The position numbers and the translations under genes are program-made. DNA of 28,743 bases, from IMG/VR virus record IMGVR_UViG_2711768054_000001, one strand, 5' to 3'. Positions 1-7,980 of the stretch are shown here, piece by piece. Below the pieces are notes generated by a model. That model was not told the DNA's origin and searched no databases. It saw only the letters and a list, made by a program, of their open reading frames with translations. This DNA is from a virus. Lineage: Duplodnaviria > Heunggongvirae > Uroviricota > Caudoviricetes. Every line of letters begins with the position of its first letter. The first letter of the stretch is position 1.

Positions 1-298
1 CTGTTCAGCAGATTATCAGGCGCAACTGAAGCGGCATAATCTGCGTGGAAGTATGAGCGCAAAAGGTTGCTGCTACGATAATGCCTGCGTGGAAAGCTTC
101 TTTCATTCGCTGAAAGTGGAATGTATCCATGGAGAACACTTTATCAGCCGGGAAATAATGCGGGCAACGGTGTTTAATTATATCGAATGTGATTACAATC
201 GGTGGCGGCGGCACAGTTGGTGTGGCGGCCTCAGTCCGGAACAATTTGAAAACAAGAACCTCGCTTAGGCCTGTGTCCATATTACGTGGGTAGGATCA
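1..298 (+). mobile_element. IS3-family insertion sequence, right end only (left part lies outside the window)
   Basis: Contains the 3-prime end of the transposase orfB (2-268); after the stop the sequence ...cctcgcttaggcctgtgtccatattacgtgggtaggatca ends at 298, matching the IS3 terminal inverted repeat as I remember it (TGATCCTACCCACGTAATATGGACACAGGCCTAAGCGAGG in reverse complement). Confidence 0.8.
2..268 (+). CDS. insF: IS3 transposase OrfB (InsF-like), C-terminal 88 codons, 5-prime partial at window edge
   Basis: Translation from position 2 gives [88 protein letters not shown], which I recognise as the C-terminus of E. coli IS3 InsF (DDE integrase-core end); stop TAG 266-268. Confidence 0.8.
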
Positions 299-419
299 CG
301 CAGGGGTCGGCCCATTTGAGCTTCAGATAGGAACGTTTGAATTCCTTTCACAAAATACATCACATACTGAACGTGAACATACCCACTTTGATCTTAAGGC
401 CAAAAAGTATGCAGGACTA

Positions 420-2138
420 ATGATTTTTAGGGATAGCTTGAGAGTATTTCCTTATGGTCGAGTAGATAATGATTTCTTCCAGATAGAAGAAAGACGTTCA
501 TGGAATGCAGGGCGATATTATTGGTCTAATAGAAGGATTTTTGGTTATATTGGAATTACTCAATCCAGTAATAAAGAGCTGAAAGATAAGTCGGGGAGAG
601 AGGGATTCATAAGAAACCAGGCTGCAAGAGAACTGAAAACTATTATATCTAATTTGTTAACTGAACTTGCTGATAGATTTTTTGGTTCACGTTCTGATGA
701 CCGTAAAGAGCTTTTAGAACAAGTTAAGCGTGAAAAAGAGTTAAGAAAATCTGCTCAACAACAAGCTCGAAAATCAACACAAAAAAGTTTTTCAGAAGCT
801 TTGAAGAATCAGACACCAGTTCTTGATGCTTCCTTGGAGGCTGTTAAAAGGCTGAAAACTAAGCTTGATAAAACTGATGGTTCGTTAGATTTAAACTATC
901 TTAAAATTATAGACAGTGATCTTACAAACTTAGATGCGTTGCGCAGTGAAATTAAAACGCCTATCAAACCTCCAAAACTTGGAATGTATGAAGAGAAATA
1001 TAGAGACTACAGAGATAAATTTAATGAGTTCTCTGCGTATATTCTACAAATGAAGTTAGCAATTAATAAACTTGATTCTGAATTAAATAAACTTGAGCCT
1101 TCATTGTCAGCGAAAAATCACCTTGAAAAAAATCAAGGTATTATTAATTCTAAACTAACTAAGTTTAATAACACGATAGAGGAGAAGATACATTCTCTTT
1201 TAAAAAAATGGGCCGATGAAATAAAGGTTGATCGAAGTGATTATTATGCTAAAACTATATCAGTTGTTGATTCAATAGATAATGATTCACAAATTGAAAA
1301 TGTGTTTAATTTGCTCGATAGTTTATATGTTGAGTCAGTTGATACCCTAACTTTCAAATATCAATCAATAATAAAAGGTCTCGATAGATTATTTGAAGGT
1401 ATAAACTTAGATTCAGCATTCTCATTATCTGAAGAAGAACGCTCATATTTTGAAGAAAAAGCTAAAAGTTTAAACGCGCTTGCACAGTTAGGTATTAGTG
1501 TTGAGATAATATCTCATGAACTTGAAGAAATGGATTCTATGGTAACCAGAGGACTAAACTCTCTTCCTACTTCTGTAAAAGAACACCCTGGTTTTTCATT
1601 GGCGTTAAATGCTCACAGATCGCTTACTCAACAAATACGTTTCTTATCACCTTTGAAAATATCAGGTTATCAATCCAGGCAGAGAATAACTGGAAAAAAT
1701 ATCATGGATTATGTCCTGAAGTTCTTTGGGGAGCGTTTCGAACGGCAACGAATAACTATTGAATTTAGTGAAGAGTTTAAGCAAATCGCAATAACAGATA
1801 TACCATCAAGGATCTATCCTGTTTTTACTAATATTATCAACAATGCAATGTATTGGGTCAGTCTGTCAAATAATAGGCTCATAAAGATTGGTTTTGTGAA
1901 TTCTTTGGTTATCATAGCAAATTCTGGTCCGGCAATTGATACCGATGATATCCCGCGACTATTTGAACTATTTTATAGCAAAAGAGCAAATGGACATGGG
2001 GTAGGTCTGTATCTATGTCGAGAAAACCTTGCTGTTGCACATCATAAAATATGGTATTCAGAACCTGATGAAGGCGATAACTATTTAATAAAAGATGGCG
2101 CTAATTTTGTGATCCAGTTCAATGGAGTGGAGTTCTAA
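420..2138 (+). CDS. Histidine-kinase-like ATPase (DHp + HATPase_c), apparently 5-prime truncated by the IS3 insertion
   Basis: ORF of 572 aa. Putative H-box ISVEIISHELEEMDSM, N-box NIINNAMYW and G-box GHGVGLYLCRENLA near the C-terminus; the N-terminal 330 aa are K/E-rich and look coiled-coil. The reading frame stays open upstream from 420 back to 294, right at the IS3 end, and there is no convincing RBS before the ATG at 420. GC content is visibly low. Confidence 0.55.
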   Translation: MIFRDSLRVFPYGRVDNDFFQIEERRSWNAGRYYWSNRRIFGYIGITQSSNKELKDKSGREGFIRNQAARELKTIISNLLTELADRFFGSRSDDRKELLEQVKREKELRKSAQQQARKSTQKSFSEALKNQTPVLDASLEAVKRLKTKLDKTDGSLDLNYLKIIDSDLTNLDALRSEIKTPIKPPKLGMYEEKYRDYRDKFNEFSAYILQMKLAINKLDSELNKLEPSLSAKNHLEKNQGIINSKLTKFNNTIEEKIHSLLKKWADEIKVDRSDYYAKTISVVDSIDNDSQIENVFNLLDSLYVESVDTLTFKYQSIIKGLDRLFEGINLDSAFSLSEEERSYFEEKAKSLNALAQLGISVEIISHELEEMDSMVTRGLNSLPTSVKEHPGFSLALNAHRSLTQQIRFLSPLKISGYQSRQRITGKNIMDYVLKFFGERFERQRITIEFSEEFKQIAITDIPSRIYPVFTNIINNAMYWVSLSNNRLIKIGFVNSLVIIANSGPAIDTDDIPRLFELFYSKRANGHGVGLYLCRENLAVAHHKIWYSEPDEGDNYLIKDGANFVIQFNGVEF

Positions 2139-2139
2139 T

Positions 2140-3888
2140 ATGACAGTGGCAAATTATAATTCTCTTGTCCAGAAAACTTTCTGCGAAAATGCAATTCGTT
2201 CCGTTGTCATGATTGATGACGATTTTCTGACGTATTCTGAATCAATCAGGGCGTTGAATAACGAAGTTGATTTAGACTACAACAAAATTGACTCATCTAA
2301 ACGAGCCGCTACTCTTGAGAGCTTTTTTCAATCTAAAAATATGATTTGTGATGTTGACAATGGTTCTGTTAATTTCGATGTGGATCGGATTAGAAAATCA
2401 GATCTTATTATTGTAGATTATCATCTTGATAATAATGCACCTGATAAAACACTTAAACTATTACAAGATTTGAAAGACTCCGATCATTTAAATATGGTTG
2501 TAATATATACTAGAGAGAATTTAGAAACGGTTTGGATGCAGATATCATCGACTCTCAAAGGTGCTCTGGATATCAACAGCTTGATCATTGACTACGATAA
2601 TGAAGATGTCCAAAGTTATTGGGAAGACGTTGTATTACCGAACTTAAATGATAATGGTAATAAAGCTCTCACAAGAGATGAAACAATAGCCTATATTAAA
2701 GACAGTAAGCCTTGTAGAAGAATTAAAAGATTAATACATGATGATGCTGTGTTGGAGGATCAAAAGGATAAAAACTTCATTGCAAAAATGATTGCAGAAT
2801 ATGCTGTGTCTAGAAATGCAATTATTTCTAGCAACACATCTGGCAATGTCATTCGGGGTGATGAAAGCGGAGTAAAATGGATTCAATGTGGTAATATCTT
2901 TGTCTCCCTATTTCATAAGGTTCAAGATGATCATGAAAACGATGGAGATAGGATTTGGCAAACTCTCAATGATTCTCTCATTGAATGGAAACCATCTTAT
3001 TATCAGTTAATAAAATCTGAAATTCAGAATGCAATCGAAGCTGAGGCTTTATCTTTTGTAAATCATTTGGCTAACGATCATTACGGTCAAGCTGCGTGGT
3101 TAAATGAGATATTAAAATCAGACTCGCCTGATATTAGATGTAGAAATATTGACTTTGTATTTGGTAATTTATCAGAAGAGCTTTATCAAAGACTTAAAAA
3201 TAATAATACGCTGGATGAATTTATCAAAAGTGTTTTTGATAGCTATTCAAATGAATACGCTAACAGCGGAGTTGCTGCATTGCTCCAATATTGCTCTTCA
3301 AAAATGGATCTGCCATCAAATAATGATACTTATCACGAAATGTATCATGCTTTAAATATGAATTTGTCTTCAAAGAATTTTGAAGATGGTCATATTTCTA
3401 CTGGCACTATTTTCTTTGATACAGAGTCGAACAAATGGTATTTATGTGTATCTGCGGCATGTGATTTGGTTCCTACTCAGGGTAACGACCCTCACCATGT
3501 AAGATTAAGTCCGCACAGGCTCATTAAAGTTCTGGAGCTTTTTAACGCCAGTCAGAGTAAAGCATTGCCATTTGCTGAACATTCGAAATATATATATGTA
3601 ATGCATAAAAATCAAAGAAAATATCTCTCTATTTTCGAAGGGGATAAAACGCTTCCTGTTGTTGATTATATGGTGGTGTTGAATCATGGAACAACAGTTG
3701 ATGGCGAAGAAAAAAATATTATTTCTGCCGTGTTTTTAAGTAATATGGATGGCAACGTGCAAAATGTTCCTGTCCGACTCAAACTTAAATCTCAACTGAG
3801 AACTGGTTATGCAGAAAGATATCAGGCTATAGCGTCTCAGTATAGCTCAAGGATTGGTGTGGATTATGTATCAATGATGCTACCATAA
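2140..3888 (+). CDS. Receiver (REC) domain protein with a ~450-aa C-terminal domain of unknown function
   Basis: N-terminus carries the response-regulator receiver signature: VVMIDDDF (acidic pair), LIIVDYHLD (putative phospho-acceptor Asp), MVVIYTRE (conserved Thr). RBS GGAGTGGAG at 2124-2132; ATG at 2140 lies one base after the upstream stop, suggesting translational coupling. AT-rich. No DNA-binding output domain recognisable. Confidence 0.6.
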   Translation: MTVANYNSLVQKTFCENAIRSVVMIDDDFLTYSESIRALNNEVDLDYNKIDSSKRAATLESFFQSKNMICDVDNGSVNFDVDRIRKSDLIIVDYHLDNNAPDKTLKLLQDLKDSDHLNMVVIYTRENLETVWMQISSTLKGALDINSLIIDYDNEDVQSYWEDVVLPNLNDNGNKALTRDETIAYIKDSKPCRRIKRLIHDDAVLEDQKDKNFIAKMIAEYAVSRNAIISSNTSGNVIRGDESGVKWIQCGNIFVSLFHKVQDDHENDGDRIWQTLNDSLIEWKPSYYQLIKSEIQNAIEAEALSFVNHLANDHYGQAAWLNEILKSDSPDIRCRNIDFVFGNLSEELYQRLKNNNTLDEFIKSVFDSYSNEYANSGVAALLQYCSSKMDLPSNNDTYHEMYHALNMNLSSKNFEDGHISTGTIFFDTESNKWYLCVSAACDLVPTQGNDPHHVRLSPHRLIKVLELFNASQSKALPFAEHSKYIYVMHKNQRKYLSIFEGDKTLPVVDYMVVLNHGTTVDGEEKNIISAVFLSNMDGNVQNVPVRLKLKSQLRTGYAERYQAIASQYSSRIGVDYVSMMLP

Positions 3889-3900
3889 TTATTATATTTT

Positions 3901-3929
3901 AGGCGTGGTGATTTTTTTTCGCCATGCCT
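3901..3929. terminator. Possible bidirectional terminator hairpin between convergent genes
   Basis: Imperfect inverted repeat aggcgtgg (3901-3908) / ccatgcct (3922-3929) flanking a T-run, located between the 3-prime ends of the receiver gene (+) and the membrane-protein gene (-). Confidence 0.35.
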
Positions 3930-3959
3930 ATTTTATATTTATCATCACAATGATGTTGT

Positions 3960-4376
3960 TTATTTTTGTTTAAGTCTTCTAAGCTTCATGCATTCTAATG
4001 AGAATAATAATAGAGTTGTGCTGTATATAAAGCCAGAGTTAGTTAATAACTTTAAATTTAATGCTTCAGGATTTTCACTGAGAAAGTGAAAGGCATAAAC
4101 TAAGTATACAGCTAAAGTAGCCGTTCCAATTGTTGGTCCAATATCGCCTTGATCATGAGGTTCAAGGTTTACATTGAACTTGAAGATTAGCCATTCAAAT
4201 CCCCAAGTAAAAAAAACAACTAATATCATGGCTGCGAATAATTTCGCGATGTTATCTGCTGATGGATTCATCAGAACAGATTGTTTCTGAAAAAATTCAC
4301 AAAGTGAGAGTCCGAAAAAAATAAAAAAAAGTGGTCTGGAACTAAATTTTTCAAAAACTTTGAATAGGGTTTCCAT
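3960..4376 (-). CDS. Small multi-pass membrane protein (138 aa), unknown function
   Basis: ATG at 4376 preceded on the minus strand by RBS AAGGTAAAG; translation shows about four hydrophobic helices (LFFIFFGLSL, AAMILVVFFTWGF, TATLAVYLVYAF, FIYSTTLLLF); AT-rich. Confidence 0.5.
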   Translation of the reverse strand: METLFKVFEKFSSRPLFFIFFGLSLCEFFQKQSVLMNPSADNIAKLFAAMILVVFFTWGFEWLIFKFNVNLEPHDQGDIGPTIGTATLAVYLVYAFHFLSENPEALNLKLLTNSGFIYSTTLLLFSLECMKLRRLKQK

Positions 4377-4414
4377 TTTCTTTACCTTCAGGATTATATT
4401 AGCTATTCTGATAC

Positions 4415-5644
4415 TTAGGCTACCAGAGCATTTGATCTTTGAGCTTGAACGTAATCACTCCACCATTGCATCAAACTCTGTCGCTCTATCAGATATTCTG
4501 CACGATTGTATGCTGCGATAATTTCATCTTTTTTCGAGTGGGCAAGCGCTGCCTCAAGAACTTCAGCTCTGAATTTACCAGACTCCTCTGCCGCTGTTCG
4601 TGCAATAGAACGCATACCGTGAGCTACAAGCTCGCCTCCGAACCCCATTCGGATGATAGCTGCGTTGGCTGTTTGTTCATGCATATGATTAAGAGGCGCT
4701 TTTATGCTGGGGAAAACCCATTCTCTATGCCCACTTATTGATTTCATTAATTCAAGGATGCGCAAAGCTTCTTTACTCAAAGGAACTTTGTGAAGCTTTT
4801 TCATTTTCATGAAATCAGCAGGAATGTTCCAAATGCTGTTGGTTGTATCAATATCAGACCACCTTGCGCGAACGGCTTCACCCGGACGAACCCATGTCAA
4901 CAATTGCCATTCAATTAGCATACGTGTTTCCAACCGGATTGACGCATTCGTCAAAGATTCCATAAACCTTGGCAATTCGCTTGGGGGAAGGGCAGGCATA
5001 TTTTGCTTTTTTGGTTTACTGAATCTTTGACCAAGGTTGTCAGCCGGGTTGAACTCAATAAGTTCTTCAGTAGCTGCCCACCGGAAGATTTCATTCAGAC
5101 GTGAAATGATACGGCGTAGAGTTTCCAATACGCCTCGTTGCTCAATAGGATCAAGGTGTTGTTTTAAGAGCTTAGGTCGGATCTCATTGATAGGGACATT
5201 ACCCAGACCGGGAAAGACATTTCTCTCTAAGCTGCGCCAGATGTCTGCTGCATGGTCTTGTGAGATACCTGATGTCTTTACCTTCTCATCTAACCATTTC
5301 CGCGCTACGGCTTGGAGAGTGTGCTCAGTAGCACTCTTTAATGCCTTCGCCTTATCGTTGTTATGGATTTGGGGATCAACACCATTTGCCAGAAAGGAGA
5401 GATATTCATCACGTAAGGCTCTGGCTCTTGCAAGGGTAAGGTGAGGATATGTCCCAAGGCTCATTTTGGTTCTTTTCTTGCTCACTGGTACTGCATACCT
5501 GAAATACCAATTTTTCTTGCCTCCTTTCGCCAAAGGAGCGATTCGTAGAATCAGACCATCACCGTCAAACAAGTTGATTTCTTTATCGGCTGGCTTGGTG
5601 CTTTTGATTTCAGTGTCAGTGAGCTTCTTAGCGATTTTTGCCAT
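4415..5644 (-). CDS. int: P4/CP4-57-family tyrosine integrase
   Basis: Translation MAKIAKKLTDTEIKSTKPADKEINLFDGDGLILRIAPLAKGGKKNWYFRY... has the typical P4-type integrase N-terminus, and the C-terminal half contains the R...H..R...Y catalytic region (HGMRSIARTAAEE, EAALAHS, Y in AAYNRAEY). I take the ATG at 5644 as the start; the ORF-track start at 5686 would add a GPK/GPT-repeat extension encoded by GGACCC DNA repeats. Confidence 0.85.
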   Translation of the reverse strand: MAKIAKKLTDTEIKSTKPADKEINLFDGDGLILRIAPLAKGGKKNWYFRYAVPVSKKRTKMSLGTYPHLTLARARALRDEYLSFLANGVDPQIHNNDKAKALKSATEHTLQAVARKWLDEKVKTSGISQDHAADIWRSLERNVFPGLGNVPINEIRPKLLKQHLDPIEQRGVLETLRRIISRLNEIFRWAATEELIEFNPADNLGQRFSKPKKQNMPALPPSELPRFMESLTNASIRLETRMLIEWQLLTWVRPGEAVRARWSDIDTTNSIWNIPADFMKMKKLHKVPLSKEALRILELMKSISGHREWVFPSIKAPLNHMHEQTANAAIIRMGFGGELVAHGMRSIARTAAEESGKFRAEVLEAALAHSKKDEIIAAYNRAEYLIERQSLMQWWSDYVQAQRSNALVA

Positions 5645-5809
5645 TTTGGGACCCTCGGTTTTTGGACCCTTCTTAGTGGGTCCCATTCAGGGTGCCATAA
5701 CTCGTAGTTCTCAGCAATTCTCACTGGACGACAATAGACGTAAAAAAGCCCGCAGAGCTTGTGCTGTGTGGGCTTAGTAGACTTCATTGAACTTCAAACA
5801 ACTAAAAAG

Positions 5810-5854
5810 TGGTGGAGCTGGCGGGAGTTGAACCCGCGTCCGAAATTCCTACAT
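5810..5854 (-). other. ssrA: 3-prime-terminal 45 nt of ssrA (tmRNA), an att-site copy, not a complete gene
   Basis: Reverse complement of 5810-5854 reads ATGTAGGAATTTCGGACGCGGGTTCAACTCCCGCCAGCTCCACCA, identical to the 3-prime end (T-arm plus acceptor CCA) of E. coli tmRNA as I recall it. Similarity stops abruptly at 5855; the upstream sequence is AT-rich and unrelated to ssrA. Confidence 0.8.
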
Positions 5855-5970
5855 ACCATTTTGACTATAATAAAAACATATATTTATGTTTTAAAACAGT
5901 ACGTTAGTGTTATTTTGTTTTTGTCGGTTTTACACATTTTTAATGCTCTGCCGCCAAGTTGTCGCCATTG

Positions 5971-6954
5971 CTAATTCCTATCAGCAGGTAGAATTGCTGG
6001 GTAGAGCTTAGAGCAATCATTGCCATAGTCAGGGATAAAGTCCCATAGCCCTTTTGGCGTTTGGAAGACCTCAGGGCTTAAGCCAATCAGCATATAAACA
6101 TGAACTAACAGCTCGCGCAATCCAGTGACCATTTGCTTTATTTGTTTTTCATCAGAGAAAGAAGTGGTGAAGGGTTTTTCTTCAATGGAGTCAAAAAGAA
6201 TAAACTCATGTTTTTCATATCGATAGTCGATCCCTAATTCTCTGCAAAGTTGGATAATATTGATTTCGAGCATTTGAAGGGAAATCACTTGGATATCATA
6301 AGAAGTCTCTTTGTTGTAACAGCTTTTAATAGCTTTGTTGATATTCTTATAATAATCTTGAACTCTACCCATAAATAATGAACTTATTTCTTTGCTATAG
6401 CCTTCTTCAATAGAGGATTTTGTAAAAATATTCATGTAAAGAATATAAGGGTGAGAAATGGAAAGTTCTATATATTTTTTTCCATCATCGTGTTCGGTAA
6501 ACTCTCTACTAACGATAAATGAAGGGACGGTTTTAAAAATATCGGCATAACTCTTCTGGTGGGCATAAAATGAATCAGATTTATTTTTTGCTTTTACCAG
6601 CTCTATTTGATGCTCTGTCCTTGAAAGCTGCGTCTCTGTTTGAATGGTCCTGTGAATATTCTTAACTATAGCTCCAAGAGGTACTGAACTGGCTAGCAGC
6701 ATTAGAGGGAATTTACTGATTTCGTAAAAGCGAGTATAGCCGTGGGCACTTAACACCGGGACCTTGCCCCACCATGCGAAAATCCCAAAATAAAAGAATG
6801 ATAATACTGGTATTCCGATTGATAACCAGAATAATTTCTGTTTTATAAGGTTTTGTTCATTTAATAAATACCACTTGTATTTATATGTTAAATACAATAT
6901 GTATATTAACATTACAACATAGAACATAATGCCAATTGATGAATAAAGGGTCAT
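5971..6954 (-). CDS. Membrane protein of unknown function (327 aa); AT-rich cargo gene downstream of the P2-type integrase
   Basis: N-terminal hydrophobic helices (IGIMFYVVMLIYILYL, LFWLSIGIPVLSFFYFGIFAWWG, LMLLASSVPLGAIV) followed by a ~220-aa soluble domain. The start ATG (6954-6952, minus strand) overlaps the int stop (6953-6951) as ATGA. GC content is clearly lower than the flanking phage genes. Confidence 0.6.
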   Translation of the reverse strand: MTLYSSIGIMFYVVMLIYILYLTYKYKWYLLNEQNLIKQKLFWLSIGIPVLSFFYFGIFAWWGKVPVLSAHGYTRFYEISKFPLMLLASSVPLGAIVKNIHRTIQTETQLSRTEHQIELVKAKNKSDSFYAHQKSYADIFKTVPSFIVSREFTEHDDGKKYIELSISHPYILYMNIFTKSSIEEGYSKEISSLFMGRVQDYYKNINKAIKSCYNKETSYDIQVISLQMLEINIIQLCRELGIDYRYEKHEFILFDSIEEKPFTTSFSDEKQIKQMVTGLRELLVHVYMLIGLSPEVFQTPKGLWDFIPDYGNDCSKLYPAILPADRN

Positions 6955-7979
6955 GCTTTTTTCCAGTCTAATTTGTAAAGTGGATTTTTTGTTACAGCAT
7001 CTTCCAAGTGATCAGGGGCAAAGTGAGCGTAAACCATCGTCATTTTTATATCAGCATGGCCCAGAATATCGCGCAGTACCAGTATATTTCCGCCGTTCAT
7101 CATAAAATGGCTGGCGAATGTATGGCGCAGTACGTGGGTGCACTGGCCCTCTGGCAGTTCGATACCGGCTCGCTTTACTGCACGCTCAAAGGATTTTCTG
7201 CATGGGGTAAATAATCTCCCCCTGTTTTTAGGTAGTTCGTCATACAGTTCTTGAGATATTGGAACGGTTCGGTTTTTTTTACCTTTGGTCTTGGTATAAG
7301 TAATGCGATATTTTGATAACTGATGCCCTTGCAGGTTTTCTGCTTCACTCCATCGGGCACCAGTTGCTAGGCATATTTTTGCAATCATCAACAGACTGGG
7401 ACTCTGAGAATCAGCACAGGCATCCAGTAGGCGTTTAATTTCTTCCGGGGTCAGGAATGCTAGTTCACCCTCAGCGATTTTAAATGTTGGCAGCCCGACG
7501 AGAGGATTTGGTGCTGACCAGTGGCCTAGTTTTTTCAATGTGCCGAAAACCGATGATAGGTTACGTTGCTCAAGATTCACCGTGCGTGGTTTTACTGGCG
7601 ACATTAGTGTGCCGTCTTCGTTACGAAGGTCACCTTTTAACCGTGCTTCGCGGTATTTCGTAAAGTCTCCGGCTGTCAGTTCTGAGGCGATGGGGTCGCC
7701 TAGACCATTACAGATAATTCTAAGTTTCGCCATGAGGCGCTTGGGGTCTGCGAGTGTCTGACCATACAGGGAATACCAAAGCTCAATTAACTCTGATAGG
7801 CGTCGCCGATCATCCTTTTCACCCAACCACGGTTTTTTATTCACTTCTTCCATTGTGAAGCTTTCAAACGCAATGGCTTCGCCTTTCGTGGCAAATTGCT
7901 TACGCACGCGCTTGCCATTGCGTCCATTGGGATAGCACTCACACAACCATTTTCCGTTCGGCTGTTTTCTGATGGTCAT
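6951..7979 (-). CDS. int: P2-type tyrosine integrase
   Basis: 342 aa, MTIRKQPNGKWLCECYPNGRNGKRVRKQFATKGEAIAFE...; C-terminus has ARWSE...HVLRHTFASHFMMNGGNILVLRDILGHADIKMTMVYAH (R-H-R-Y motifs). Size and sequence resemble P2/186 Int. Confidence 0.9.
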   Translation of the reverse strand: MTIRKQPNGKWLCECYPNGRNGKRVRKQFATKGEAIAFESFTMEEVNKKPWLGEKDDRRRLSELIELWYSLYGQTLADPKRLMAKLRIICNGLGDPIASELTAGDFTKYREARLKGDLRNEDGTLMSPVKPRTVNLEQRNLSSVFGTLKKLGHWSAPNPLVGLPTFKIAEGELAFLTPEEIKRLLDACADSQSPSLLMIAKICLATGARWSEAENLQGHQLSKYRITYTKTKGKKNRTVPISQELYDELPKNRGRLFTPCRKSFERAVKRAGIELPEGQCTHVLRHTFASHFMMNGGNILVLRDILGHADIKMTMVYAHFAPDHLEDAVTKNPLYKLDWKKA

Positions 7980-7980
7980 A

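Noticed and set aside
4439-5444. Several plus-strand ORFs (4439-4741, 4809-5030, 5037-5444) inside the P4-type integrase region
   Set aside because: They are antisense to a well-supported integrase gene, have odd Cys/Arg-rich translations and no RBS; treated as shadow ORFs.
5645-5686. Longer integrase start at 5686 (MGPTKKGPKTEGPK...)
   Set aside because: The extension is encoded by GGACCC DNA repeats and the conserved integrase N-terminus begins at the Met at 5644; the longer start is unlikely.
5742-5776. Possible terminator hairpin between the ssrA fragment and the P4-type integrase (minus strand, AAGCCC...GGGCTTTTTT)
   Set aside because: The stem is only 6 bp with a long unstructured loop; too weak to call without folding-energy calculation.
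5759-5974. 71-aa plus-strand ORF spanning the ssrA fragment and AT-rich junction
   Set aside because: It overlaps the tmRNA-derived att sequence and a non-coding junction; no RBS; likely spurious.
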